From positions 27,900,001-27,964,000 of the forward strand of contig NC_043004.1 in assembly GCF_006345805.1 (NCBI RefSeq): a DNA stretch of 64,000 nucleotides, written 5' to 3'. Both the position numbers and the translations under genes were made by a program. This stretch comes from Octopus sinensis. Lineage: Eukaryota. Shown here piece by piece: positions 13,729-24,575 of the stretch (the first letter of the stretch is position 1; every line of letters starts with the position of its first letter). Below the pieces are notes generated by a model. It was not told the DNA's origin. It did not search any database and was given only the letters and a program-made list of their open reading frames with translations.

Positions 13729-13775
13729 AAAACTGTCTGATGAACGGCAACGAGAAACTCAGAGTAACAGATTTT
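13729..13775 (+). ncRNA. Minimal type I hammerhead ribozyme of the Neptune PLE 3' region
   Basis: aaaaCTGT-CTGATGA-aCG GCAA CGa-GAA-ACTC a GAGT-A-ACAG a tttt. Stem I is CTGT/ACAG, core is CUGAUGA and GAAA, stem III is quasi-palindromic, cleavage triplet GUA. The stem II closing pair is an A-A mismatch. Confidence 0.75.
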
Positions 13776-13877
13776 GTTGAATTTTCTGCTGCTTAAAATA
13801 AAGCATATTACTCTACTACCACTGGTATTTGAGTACTCTTTTTCCCACCTTGTTTCACATTTATGTGTTTACTCCGG

Positions 13878-13975
<98 letters not shown>

Positions 13976-15226
13976 CATATACTCACACACACTCTCTCTC
14001 TCTCTCTCACACACGTACGTATACATATTATATAGTGATAGAAATGATTGTCATTGATAGTTGAATATTTTTGTCTGCGACTCACATCAGTGCATCAGTG
14101 ATTAGATATGAATGATTGATTGTCGAAGGCAGCAGTGTGATGTAGCATCGAATTGATTCAGTCTCACGTGTACGCCGTTACTAAAACACAACATGAGAAT
14201 AGGGTGGCAGTAAATAAATAAATATATAAATAAATAAATAAATAAATAAAATAAATGATAAATAAATAACTATAAAAATATGAAACAGTGAATCAGACAA
14301 TTGGCAAGGTAGGTGTGTGGGTGTAAACAAACGAGACGTTAACAAATATTCAGTAGAAGGATAAATAGAGTTCAATAATTGTTGAACAATATTCTTGCTA
14401 CAACATTCGCCACCGACTTGCTTGTTATCTTGTTCCGAAAGTCGATTTTTTCGACCATAAAATTACAACAGCATATTCATGCGAAAAGAGATTTCTTTGA
14501 CAGTTGAACGCTCACCGCTGATCAAAGGGCTGTTAATGGTAACAGTCAGCTCTATTGAACACTGGAGATGAACTGAGGCGGGCAGAGACTCGTAGACAGA
14601 AATTTCCGCAGATGTAACCGCAAATATAGAGGAAGAATAGGCTCTCGTTTGTGAATAGTTAACTGAAAAGAAGAACGGGAGGGCTGTGTATTATTCTATT
14701 TTCTGATAACTGCTTTCTCCCGGTCAGCGCTGCGGTAAGATAGCGTGGAATATATTACACCTTGCTTTCATTCAAATCTGCAGCACCATTCATTGCTACA
14801 CCACCAGCTCGTTCTCTCTCAATAGGAAAAAAAAATCCTGAAAATTACAACCAGATATAATGGAGATCATACTTATAAGATATTTGTTTTATTAATATTC
14901 AAAGGTTCGTGAATTATATTAGTAGCTACAAGTTAAACGGTAGTGTGCATCTATAGCTTATAACGTATAATTTGAATAATACTTGACAAACATAACAATC
15001 GAATGAATAGAACAAACACTAAAGCATGTCATTTCTATTACTGTATTTTGATAGAGTCATATTGTCTTTACACTGAACAAATTCACAATTGAAAATTTCT
15101 TGTTTCTTACACTTAATATAATGTTTTCCTTGTTGAACTTTTGACGTCCTGACTGACATTACATCACTCTCTCTCTCTCTCCCTCTCCCTCTCTCCTTCT
15201 CTTTATACATATATGCGTGCATACAC

Positions 15227-15271
<45 letters not shown>

Positions 15272-15292
15272 TGTATATACATATATATATAT

Positions 15293-15506
15293 AGGGAGAG
15301 TTTACGAAAAAAACAAAAGACGAAGACAGGTGGTGTACAAAACACAAACAGGTGCATTAGTATAACGCTCAGGAATAGAAAAAAGTCTTTTACGTTTCGA
15401 GCATACGCTCTTCTACAGAAAGGGACACAGAAAAAAACAAGGAGAGAAACAAGGAGAGAAAAAAAGGAGAGAAAAACAATAACGCGAGGACGTGGTACAA
15501 GTACTG

Positions 15507-15508
<2 letters not shown>
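15293..15508 (-). mobile_element. PLE-derived pseudo-LTR remnant with HHR (core variant CUGUAGA) at 15386-15422
   Basis: Minus strand: cttt-CTGTAGA-a-GAGC gtat GCTC-GAAAC GT A-aaag. Homologous to 46359-46500 and 60097-60275; flanked by (TA)n. Confidence 0.7.
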
Positions 15509-15572
<64 letters not shown>

Positions 15573-15577
15573 GATAG

Positions 15578-15608
<31 letters not shown>

Positions 15609-15616
15609 GATAGATT

Positions 15617-15668
<52 letters not shown>

Positions 15669-15935
15669 TAGATATATATGCATATATAAATATAAATGTA
15701 CCTATGTGTGTATGACTACACACACAGAAGCACACGCACGCACACACACACACGTACACACATACACACACGCACATGCATTTGTAAGTATACATGTATA
15801 TATAAAAAAAACTATAGATCTTTGTTTTTAAAATGTACAAGAATATTTGTGACTGAAACAAGTAGATTAAACAGGTCGATTGATAATGGATAGATGCATG
15901 TATGAATAGATTGAGAGACAATGTCTGTCTGTCTG

Positions 15936-15987
<52 letters not shown>

Positions 15988-16079
15988 TGTACGTGAGTGT
16001 GTATGCATCTATGTATATGTATACATGTATATATACACACACACATTTCAAAATGAAATCACGTGTGAATCGTTGGCGA

Positions 16080-16220
16080 TTTGCTTCCTCCGCCTTCCCT
16101 TCCTTTGGACTTTCTGAAGAAGAGCAAGGCTCGAAACATTAAATCCTCGTTCCGTCTGATAATATAGTAATTGTACCACGTCCTCGCGTTATTGTCTTTT
16201 CTTGTTTGTTCCTATTTGTT
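16080..16220 (+). mobile_element. PLE-derived pseudo-LTR remnant with HHR core at 16108-16146
   Basis: ttt-CTGAAGA-a-GAGC aag GCTC-GAAAC AT T-aaa, then gtaccacgtcctcgcgtt shared with 30612-30800; ends at (TA)n. Confidence 0.65.
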
Positions 16221-16229
16221 TGGATTCCC

Positions 16230-16314
<85 letters not shown>

Positions 16315-16477
16315 ATGTGTGTGTGTGTGTATGTATATATATATAATATCACCGTGACACCGTGACCGACCAGGCTTTCAGATGTTGCTACACATCGCAT
16401 TGTTTTAGTCTTTAAATGATGCCACCCCGCTTGCTAAGCGGGGTGGCATCATTTGAAAGCTAATGAATAAAGGCGGG

Positions 16478-16660
16478 ACAACAGAAGAAAGAGTGAGAGA
16501 AAGTTGTGGCGAAAGCGTACAGCAAGGATCGCCACCACCCCCTGCGGAGCTTTCGGTGTTTTCGCTCAATAAACAGTCACAACGCCCGGTCTGGGAATCG
16601 AAATCGCAATCCTACGACTGCGAGTCCGCTGCCCTAACCACTGGGCCATTGCGCCTCCAC
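16478..16660 (-). mobile_element. tRNA-derived SINE family 2, 3'-truncated
   Basis: Minus strand GGAGGCGCAATGGCCCAGTGGTTAGGGCAGCGGACTCG..TTTCGATTCCCAGACCGGGCG (A and B boxes); matches 41804-42191. Confidence 0.85.
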
Positions 16661-16728
16661 ACACACACATAAAAATTATATATATATATATATAATATAT
16701 ATATATATATTATATATATATATATATA

Positions 16729-16825
<97 letters not shown>

Positions 16826-17014
16826 ATATATATATATATGTTTACTTCGTCATATATTCACTGCGGTGGTATTTTGACCTTATAGCACGTGGAGGTTAGA
16901 CAGGCAATTTAAACTGGTCGCGTGCATACGTGCATATATGTGTGTATACGTGCGTATATGTAGGTATTCGTATGTTGTATATATAGATTTGTATTTTTAT
17001 TCTATCTTGTGTAT

Positions 17015-17072
17015 ATTCCACTGATGAGGCAAAATATTTCTTATGTAAAGCCAGAAATCTGGGATCTGGAAT
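17015..17072 (+). ncRNA. Type I hammerhead ribozyme candidate with a closed stem III
   Basis: ATTCCA-CTGATGA-GGC (19 nt) GCC-a-GAA-ATC tgg GAT-C-TGGAAT. Stem I is 6 bp, triplet AUC, with one extra A before GAAA. Confidence 0.6.
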
Positions 17073-17289
17073 TATCCAATAATATTTTTGCTAGTTTATT
17101 TTGTCTCTTTGTCTCCTCTCCTGGTGCTGTATGAACATTTGCTGTGGCTTTAGAGTCAAGCTTTGACTGCTATCTCTAGCATGATGGTACCTTTTAGATA
17201 CGTTTAATTATAATTTTAATAATATATACATATATATACAGATTGCATTCCCAGAATACAGAATGATACCTTTTAGTGAGCACATTGAG

Positions 17290-17420
17290 AAATGCGCAAA
17301 GCAACTACTACCACAATTTTTAATCTTTCCATTTTACCAATGTGCTATCGGATCATCAATACAAATTAGACTAAACAAGGAAACATTCTTCATTGAAAAG
17401 TACAAGCCCAGACTTAACCA
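17290..17420 (+). pseudogene. PLE GIY-YIG endonuclease C-terminal remnant
   Basis: FPFYQC..SSIQIRLNKETFFIEKYKPRLN resembles the R..KE..FI...KP.LN end of Penelope endonucleases; lies near the HHR at 17015 and a GAAACCGGTC at ~17608. Confidence 0.5.
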
Positions 17421-17742
17421 TTCCAACATACTGATACAGAGAAATTCACACCAAGGGAAAGGCAAAGACTTTTAAGCGATTATCTCCTTTACACCGGAAG
17501 AAATCACTCATTACCTCCCCTTATTTAGAACTCTTTTCAACATAAACATAACGATAACTCTGCTCAACATAAACATAACGACGTAAGAAATTTGAAAAGC
17601 TAAACACGAAACCGGTCTTTCTTCTAAACTATGTCATTGTAAGAAAAAAATTTATAATATTCTTCAGACATATTGACTCAAATATATATTTTTTAACCTT
17701 TTAAAACAAAAGCCTTCTGTAGTTTTTTCACTTTTTACTATT

Positions 17743-17821
<79 letters not shown>

Positions 17822-17844
17822 ATATATATATATGTATATGTATA

Positions 17845-17877
<33 letters not shown>

Positions 17878-17881
17878 AGAT

Positions 17882-17916
<35 letters not shown>

Positions 17917-18029
17917 GAGAGGTAGGTACGTACATATATGTTTATATATATGCATATGTTTTATTTCATTTATTAATATATTATATGACTAAACGCACGC
18001 ACCCCCTTAAGTAAGATTGTTCTGTATAT

Positions 18030-18760
18030 CAAGTTTTGGTCTTGATATTAACTCTGACGCGCACTCTTCACCTTTCTGTCCCATCCCTATTCTTTGATTT
18101 CCTTTTCCTCTACGTAACTTGTCTCTTCCTCTCTCTCTCATTCTTCACTCTCTCTCTCCCCCTCACCATTCTTCATGGTTTCCTCGCAGCCATTCCCCTT
18201 CTTCTCTCCCTTTCTCTTGCTCCTTCTCCCCCCCTTCCCGTCGTTCACCCGCGACGATACTTCCGCTCTGACTGTCTTTCTGGCCTGGCCTTTCAAGGTT
18301 ACGGACGACATTCTTCCTGCTCCCCTGTCGTTCACAAAAAATTCTGCGTTTACAATACTTTTTTTCGTTCGGCGTCAACAGCCCTTCTTATCTTGTTTTT
18401 CCCTGTCCTGTCTTTTACTGTTTATATTTTTGTACTGTCGTTACTGTCCTGTTTTTTTACCATTTTTTTTTTACCATTTTTTACCCCTCTGCGAAAAGAT
18501 CTCAGAATTTTAATTGATTTGCTTTTCGCAGGAAGGAAAGTTTCTTGTCGAAGATACGTCTCGCTTTTATCCTTCGAAACGTAGAGTAGATGAAACCATA
18601 GCGACTGAAGAAGGGGTTTTTTTTTGTGTTAATTGTCCTGTACTCCATTTTTTTGTTGTTTTTAAAAAAATGTCCAGTTCCTTTGGTTTGTGTCTATGTT
18701 TTCGTTTCTCTTTGTGTTCGACGTCCCTTTGGTGTCCTGTACTCATATATGTGTGTATAT
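18030..18760 (+). mobile_element. PLE-like non-coding repeat (homologous to 35500-36000 on -)
   Basis: Shares ttgctt..gc(a/g)ggaagga..gtttc, CGAAAC..GAGTAG..CTGAAGAAG.GG and the terminal gtgtcctgtac(t/c)catat with the minus-strand copy. The PLE assignment is inferred. Confidence 0.55.
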
Positions 18761-19045
18761 GTACATGTAGAGGTAGGTACGTACATATATGTTTATATAT
18801 ATGCATATGTTTTATTTCATTTATTAATATATATATATATATATATATAAATAGATGAGTGTATTTTTACCTTGTTAAAAATTAACACGGAAAAATAAAT
18901 AAATAGTTACCAGAGCAGCAAAAATCTCACAAGTAAAGGTGTTGTAACACCTTGTTTATAAAGGTAGAAACTTCGTATTTACGTTGAATATTTGAATTAT
19001 ATGAATAAAAAATGGAGTTAACGCAGGTGTAAACAAATATTTTTA

Positions 19046-19129
19046 CTTTCGACACATGTTTCAAAAATTCCACTGATACTATTCAAAAGAATAAATGGTA
19101 TAAACAATGCAATCTTCTCTTCGGGAAAG
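19046..19129 (-). ncRNA. Decayed hammerhead ribozyme (paralogue of 54989-55070)
   Basis: CTTTC-CCGAAGA-GAAGA..TTTTT-GAAAC ATGT GTC-GAAAG. U4 is changed to C and stem II is weakened. Flank 18950-19045 is homologous to 54880-54988. Confidence 0.65.
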
Positions 19130-19271
19130 TGAAAAAAAAACGAAACTCGTCAATACGACATTTTAGCAAAAAATGATGGATTTGTATAGCGATAGAAGAC
19201 CGCTATTAATATTGTTTAAAAAAACGTTATATGATATTACGTCATATTACTCCATTTTTTATCATATATAT

Positions 19272-19300
<29 letters not shown>

Positions 19301-19302
<2 letters not shown>

Positions 19303-20306
19303 CAATATAAGGGTAACAGAAAAATTTCCTTAATACTTTTGTTGATTATATAGTCTGTGACTATTTTATTTCTCACTTGACTGCTGGTTGCAGAAAAAAA
19401 AATTTCTTGAATTTTTCTGTTACCCTTATATTGATTGATAAATGATTTCTTGACTAATTCTGAAATTTGTATCAGCAGTTTATATTTGCTGCGGAGTAGA
19501 TGGCGCGATTACGGTGAATTTCGAAAATTTAGGATATATAGACTCGAGGCTCCGATGGCGTAGCCTCGTGTATATATATCTCCCACTCCTTTTCTTTTGG
19601 CGACTTTGCTGACGAGACAAGCCAAGCGGAAACGGATTTAATTTAATTTAATTCATTTCGATTGCGTGAAAGATGTTGAAACCTGCAGGGTACAAAGTTG
19701 AAGGGGATAAATGTTTTTATTTCTCCTAGTTTCAGAATTACTACTATTTTTGCGGTTTTGAGTTTAGCTGCTCTTTTCAAGTGAGTCGAACGACCTTAAG
19801 GGTCATTCCTTAATACTTTTGTTGATTATATAGTCTGTGACTATTTCTATTTTCTCACTTGACCGCTGGTTGCAGAAAAAAATTTTTCTTGAATTTTTCT
19901 GTTACCCTTATATTGATTGATAAATGATTTCTTGACTAATTCTGAAATTTGTATCAGCAGTTTATATTCGCTGCGGAGTAGATGGCGCGATTACGGTGAA
20001 TTTCGAATATTTAGGATATATAGACTCGAGGCTTCGATGGCGTAGCCTCGTGCATATATATCTCCCTCTCCTTTTCTTTTGGCGACTTTGCTGACGAGAC
20101 AAGCCAAGCGTAAACGGATTTAATTTAATTTAATTAATTTCGATTGCGTGAAAGATGTTGAAACCTTGCAGGGTACATAGTTGAAGGGGATAAATGTTTT
20201 TATTTCTCCTCTAGTTTCAGAATTACTACTATTTTTGCGGTTTTGAGTTTAGCTGCTCTTTTCAAGTGAGTCGAACGACCTGTAAGGGTCATTCCTTAAT
20301 ACTTTT
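19301..20306 (+). repeat. Head-to-tail tandem of a ~480-bp unit (2 units + 15-bp start of a third) with a 26-bp inverted 5' segment
   Basis: ttccttaatactttt recurs at 19326, 19806 and 20292 (periods 480 and 486). 19301-19326 is the reverse complement of 19410-19435. Flanked by (TA)n on both sides. Confidence 0.92.
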
Positions 20307-20399
20307 ATATATACTTTTATATATATATAATATATATATATTATATATATATTATATATATATATATATATATACATATAGTATTAATTAATAGGAGGA

Positions 20400-20834
20400 G
20401 ATGAATCGTATTAGACTCTTTTATTAGGTATAACATGTTTCGACCCATTACTCTAGGTCTCTTCAGGTATATTGATAAAGAAGTCTCACAATAGACTTTT
20501 AGTGTCGGCTGACTTATTGTTATATCCCCATCAAGTAAGTTCGGGAATGAATAAAAGCGAAGAATATAATAGAAATGCAAAAAAATTCAAATATGAACGT
20601 GGAAATCTTGCGTTCCAGTTTAGATAAGATGACCTAATCTGTTTTCGCTGTCATATCTACTTAGAGGAAAAATAAAGTAGAAGGAGAAAAGAAGATTAAA
20701 TTTTAGACAAATAGTTTCATGTTCGTGCATATGTATACAGACGGACAGACAAGGGACACACAGAAGGACATACACACACACATATATATACGTAGGCAAA
20801 CACACCTGTATACATACATATAAACACATATAAC

Positions 20835-20874
<40 letters not shown>

Positions 20875-21510
20875 TACATATATATATGCATATACATATA
20901 CATATATAGACATACATATATACACAAACACATATGTAAGTAGAGATGCGGATATACACATATATACATATACACACATACATAAAGATGCATATAGTAA
21001 CGTACATAGACCCAGACACACACACATACGAAAACAGATACACACACGCACGCACATATATGTATATAGATATATATTCACATGCACATACATACATACA
21101 TATATACATACATATATAGATGCATATATCTATATACATATACACATCTGGATTGTAGAGTTACATGTCTAAATACATGTTATAGGGTTCTGTTTTAGTA
21201 TATGAGGTTTTAACTCAGGGAAATTAATCCGAGTTGTGGGTGTTAGGCTTGCAATAGTTTAGATTGTAGTATATGAATGTGTGTTTAGCTGTGAGTAGGC
21301 ACCTGGGTGATTGATCCGTAAATCTGTTTATAATGCGCTCCTTTGTTAACAATATTGAGAGTGACTCTTCGGAACATAGCTGGTATTTCCGGGATAATAT
21401 GTTATAGGGACTCGCATGTCTAATTATGGACCAAATCAGGTCATATTTTGCCTTCTCTTCCTTGGCCTCCAGATAAAATCAGCCAGTAATGTTACATGCT
21501 GTTTAAGGCA
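20400..21510 (-). mobile_element. Second Neptune-type PLE 3' remnant with HHR core at 20427-20472, interrupted by microsatellite 20720-21170
   Basis: 21270-21500(-) translates TLLADFIW / YDLIWSIIRHASPYNILSRKYQLCSEESLSIL..IIN..C, paralleling VWELK..TWSILDRAAPY..KCRLCLLEK..LN of the main element. HHR: CTGAAGA-GACC..GGTC-GAAACATGTT (stem I imperfect). Confidence 0.65.
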
Positions 21511-21552
21511 TGTAACATCGAAAAATAGAATCCAGGTTCGAAATTTACCCAA

Positions 21553-21590
21553 AACACCTGATGAAGGTATATCATCCGAAACGTTGTGTT
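21553..21590 (+). ncRNA. Minimal type I hammerhead ribozyme
   Basis: AACAC-CTGATGA-a-GG tatatcat CC-GAA-ACGT-T-GTGTT. Stem I is 5 bp, stem III is the palindrome ACGT, stem II is short. Confidence 0.65.
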
Positions 21591-21614
21591 AACAACAAAC
21601 AAGATGAGGACAAA

Positions 21615-21773
21615 TATCCGTCAAATGTCATACTTTTCGTTGATGTTCGATTTCAGATGCACGTCAAGCTTTCCTTCGCTGTCGCTGATCTGAAAGCTGT
21701 GCGCGTGTCTCATCGTCGTTTTCTGATGCACGTCTTCGTTTTGTGACGGTCTTTTTTTTTTTTTTTGAGACAT
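21615..21773 (-). pseudogene. Probable Helitron Rep/helicase N-terminal repeat remnant
   Basis: With one homopolymer shift it reads MSQKKKK..TKRRRASENDDETRAQLSDQRQRRKA*RASEIEHQRK, matching the repeated RASE(T).E.R..RL..QR.R motif at the start of animal Helitron ORFs. Confidence 0.45.
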
Positions 21774-22148
21774 TTTTTTGATAATAAATATCAGTAAGTA
21801 ATAGTGAAAAGAAATTCGCACGCTATGTTACAGTAACGCAATGAAAATATGTATATCATTATAGAATAATAGCTTAAGAGAATGAGAAATGCTTCTGATA
21901 AGGAATATCAGTAATTGTGAAATGAATTTACAAATGCTGAATGGTGTCAGTGTTTTTGCTGAAATTCCGACGCTATGTTACAGGAATGCAGGGCAAGGCG
22001 TTGTGTGGTTGTCTTTTTGTTGGTGTGTCGATGATTTTCGTTTCGCTGTGAATTTGTGTCTATGTGCGTATGGCTTCCCTGTCAGATTGCCTCTGCGTAT
22101 GTGAATGAAATTTGTATTTGTTAGAAAAATAGGTATATCTGAAATATG

Positions 22149-22379
22149 TGTTTCTTTATTGCCCACAAGGGGCTAAACATAGATGGGACAAACAAGGACA
22201 GACAAACGGATTAAGTCGATTACATCGACCCCAGTGCGTAACTGGTACTTAATTTATCGACCCAGAAAGGATGAAAGGCAAAGTCAACCTCGGCGGAATT
22301 TGAACTCAGAACGCAACGACAGACTCAATACCGCTAAGCATTTCGCCCGGTGTGCTAACGATTCTGCCAGCTCGCCGCC
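22149..22379 (-). mobile_element. Full-length SINE family 3 with 15-bp TSD
   Basis: TSD tatatctgaaatatg at 22134-22148 and 22380-22394. Head GGCGGCGAGCTGGCAGAATCGTTAGC, B box GAGTTCAAATTCC. Confidence 0.92.
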
Positions 22380-22736
22380 TATATCTGAAATATGAGTGAA
22401 TATGCATGTGTGTGTGCGTGCGTGTGCGTATGTGTGCTCCTTTAGAGAGAAAGAGAAAGAGACAGAGACAGACAGATAAAAAATAACAGGTCCATTTCTT
22501 TAGAGTTCCACTCGACTGGTGAAAGTGAACAAAACACCCACGCTTATAATTTTCTTTTACCTTTCTTTTTTTTTTCACCTTTTACTTGTTTCACTCATTA
22601 GATTGTGACCATGCTGGGACAGCCTTTTGAAGAATTTTTAGTTGGACGTAACGATTCCAGAATGTCTTATTTCTTATTTTTACTTGTGGCAGTCATTAGA
22701 TAGATAAATAAATAGAAAGACAGATATATATATATA

Positions 22737-22996
22737 ATCTCAAGATTAATCAGCCGAAATTACTACGATGATCCGGTTCTTGACTGAAGACTGAGGGGTT
22801 CGAATGTCCTGTCCATGTTTATTGTGTCGTCTTCTAAGAGTTATACGTTCTTGTTCATGTTGTATTTTTCTACATACCTTAACATATATTCCAGGCGCCC
22901 CGTACCCACCTTATCATTAATGTGAGCACATATTCTTAATAATTGGTACGACTCTCTTTTTGTCTCCCTCTCTCTCTCATTTTTACTTGATCTGTC

Positions 22997-23038
<42 letters not shown>

Positions 23039-23717
23039 ACTCATCCTCTTTTTCTCTTCTCTTTACCCTCCTATTTCTTTGTCTCGCTCTGCACTCACAG
23101 GTCATTCTTCGACACCCATCCCTTCTCCTCTCTGATCCCTTCTTTCTCTCTCTTCTCTCTCTTTGTTGCGTTTTGTCCCTCGTCTCTCTCTCTCTTCCTT
23201 TGCTTCTCTTTCTTTTCTTTTCCCTCTTCTCTGTCACGTGACTGTTGGCCGAAATCTGCCTTTCAGCTCCTGACCCTCGTCGTGTTTAACATCGTTGTTT
23301 TTCGTCCGCCGCTATAAAGGCTTCTTCCAATGCGCCAGAGAAAATTTGTTTGCTTGTTCTCAGTCGTAAGACACTTGTTGTTTTCACCTTTAATGCTTCT
23401 GTATTTCATGTCTCTGTATTCCATTATTGTTTTTTGTTTTTTTTATATCTGTCCCTTTTGCTGTCCTGGTGTTCGTATGCATTCGATCCTTCTTCCAGAA
23501 ATCTACGCTTCAGCTTAGTTTTTCTAATGCTCGTTGCTTAGTTTTTCTTGGAGGGCTGGCCGTGATCTAGTAATCTCAAGATTAATCAGCCGAATTACTA
23601 CGATGATCCGGTTCTTGACTGAAGACTGAGGGGTTCGAATGTCCTGTCCATGTTTATTGTGTCGTCTTCTAAGAGTTATACGTTCTTGTCCATGTTGTAT
23701 TTTTCTACATACCTTAA
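22737..23717 (+). mobile_element. ~980-bp non-autonomous element with ~150-bp direct terminal repeats (pseudo-LTR-like)
   Basis: 22737-22888 is nearly identical to 23573-23717. Both outer ends abut (TA)n. The repeat is homologous to the solo copy at 33980-34140. Confidence 0.75.
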
Positions 23718-23901
23718 TATATATATATATATTTATATATAGAGAGAGAGAGAGCTTGACTGTGTTTATTATGCAGGACAGACCACCCTTGAATAAATAA
23801 ATGAATAAATGTATATGGTGTGGTGGTTGTCATTGTCTTGAGCGCTGACCATTCTCACCAGATGACAATTTCCGACCAAAGAGAAGGACAGAAAAATGAA
23901 T

Positions 23902-23982
<81 letters not shown>

Positions 23983-24343
23983 GAGAGAGAGAGATTGAGA
24001 GATGTCGATTCTTGGAAAATTTTGCCTCAGGTTACGCCATCATCATCATTATCATCACCATAGTTAAAGTGTAAAAGTGAACAAAACACCCACACTTATA
24101 AATGACATGATGTCTCAATTGTGTTTTGTGGGACAAATTAGAAAGAAAATCTCTTTTGTATATATAGATAAATATCTGCCAAACAGAAAGAAAAACCGGA
24201 AATACAAGGCATATATGATGCATGTATTCCCAATAGAAAAATATTCCCTATAGAAATAGTAGTATTAGAATAGTGGTATTACAACCCCCATATGTGAAAA
24301 TATATTAATATGGAGATAGATTGATAAATAAATAGACGGATAA

Positions 24344-24403
<60 letters not shown>

Positions 24404-24540
24404 AAAGATAAAAAGATAAATAGATTGATAGATAGATAAATGGCTAGATAGTTAGACACCCTTGATATATGTAGATAGGTAATTTTTATAATCAAGATCT
24501 ACTCAGATACAGGAACACCACCACACACACTCACTAACGC

Positions 24541-24575
<35 letters not shown>

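Larger units (their letters stand above)
8672..13878 (+). mobile_element. Neptune-type Penelope-like retroelement, 5'-truncated, with a ~2-kb inverted duplication of its 3' half at the 5' side
   Basis: The sense copy 10714-13878 encodes RT then GIY-YIG, followed by a ~1.1-kb 3' region with an HHR and a (TA)n flank. 8672-10713 is the reverse complement of 11792-13803 (outer ends ctttattttaagcagc vs gctgcttaaaataaag; inner junction ggtttaaat vs atttaaacc). Confidence 0.92.

Noticed and set aside
15019-16008. 329-aa minus-strand ORF
   Set aside because: Made of (TA), (ATCT) and (TG) repeats that lack stop codons in that frame.
18560-18616. GAAAC..GUA..CTGAAGA order suggesting a type II hammerhead (also 35620-35690 on -)
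   Set aside because: Stem I cannot be formed and stem II needs two wobbles; the two copies do not support a common fold.
19326-20306. CRISPR-like or satellite interpretation of tandem repeats (also 39723-39820, 8437-8560)
   Set aside because: No repeat-spacer alternation and the context is eukaryotic.
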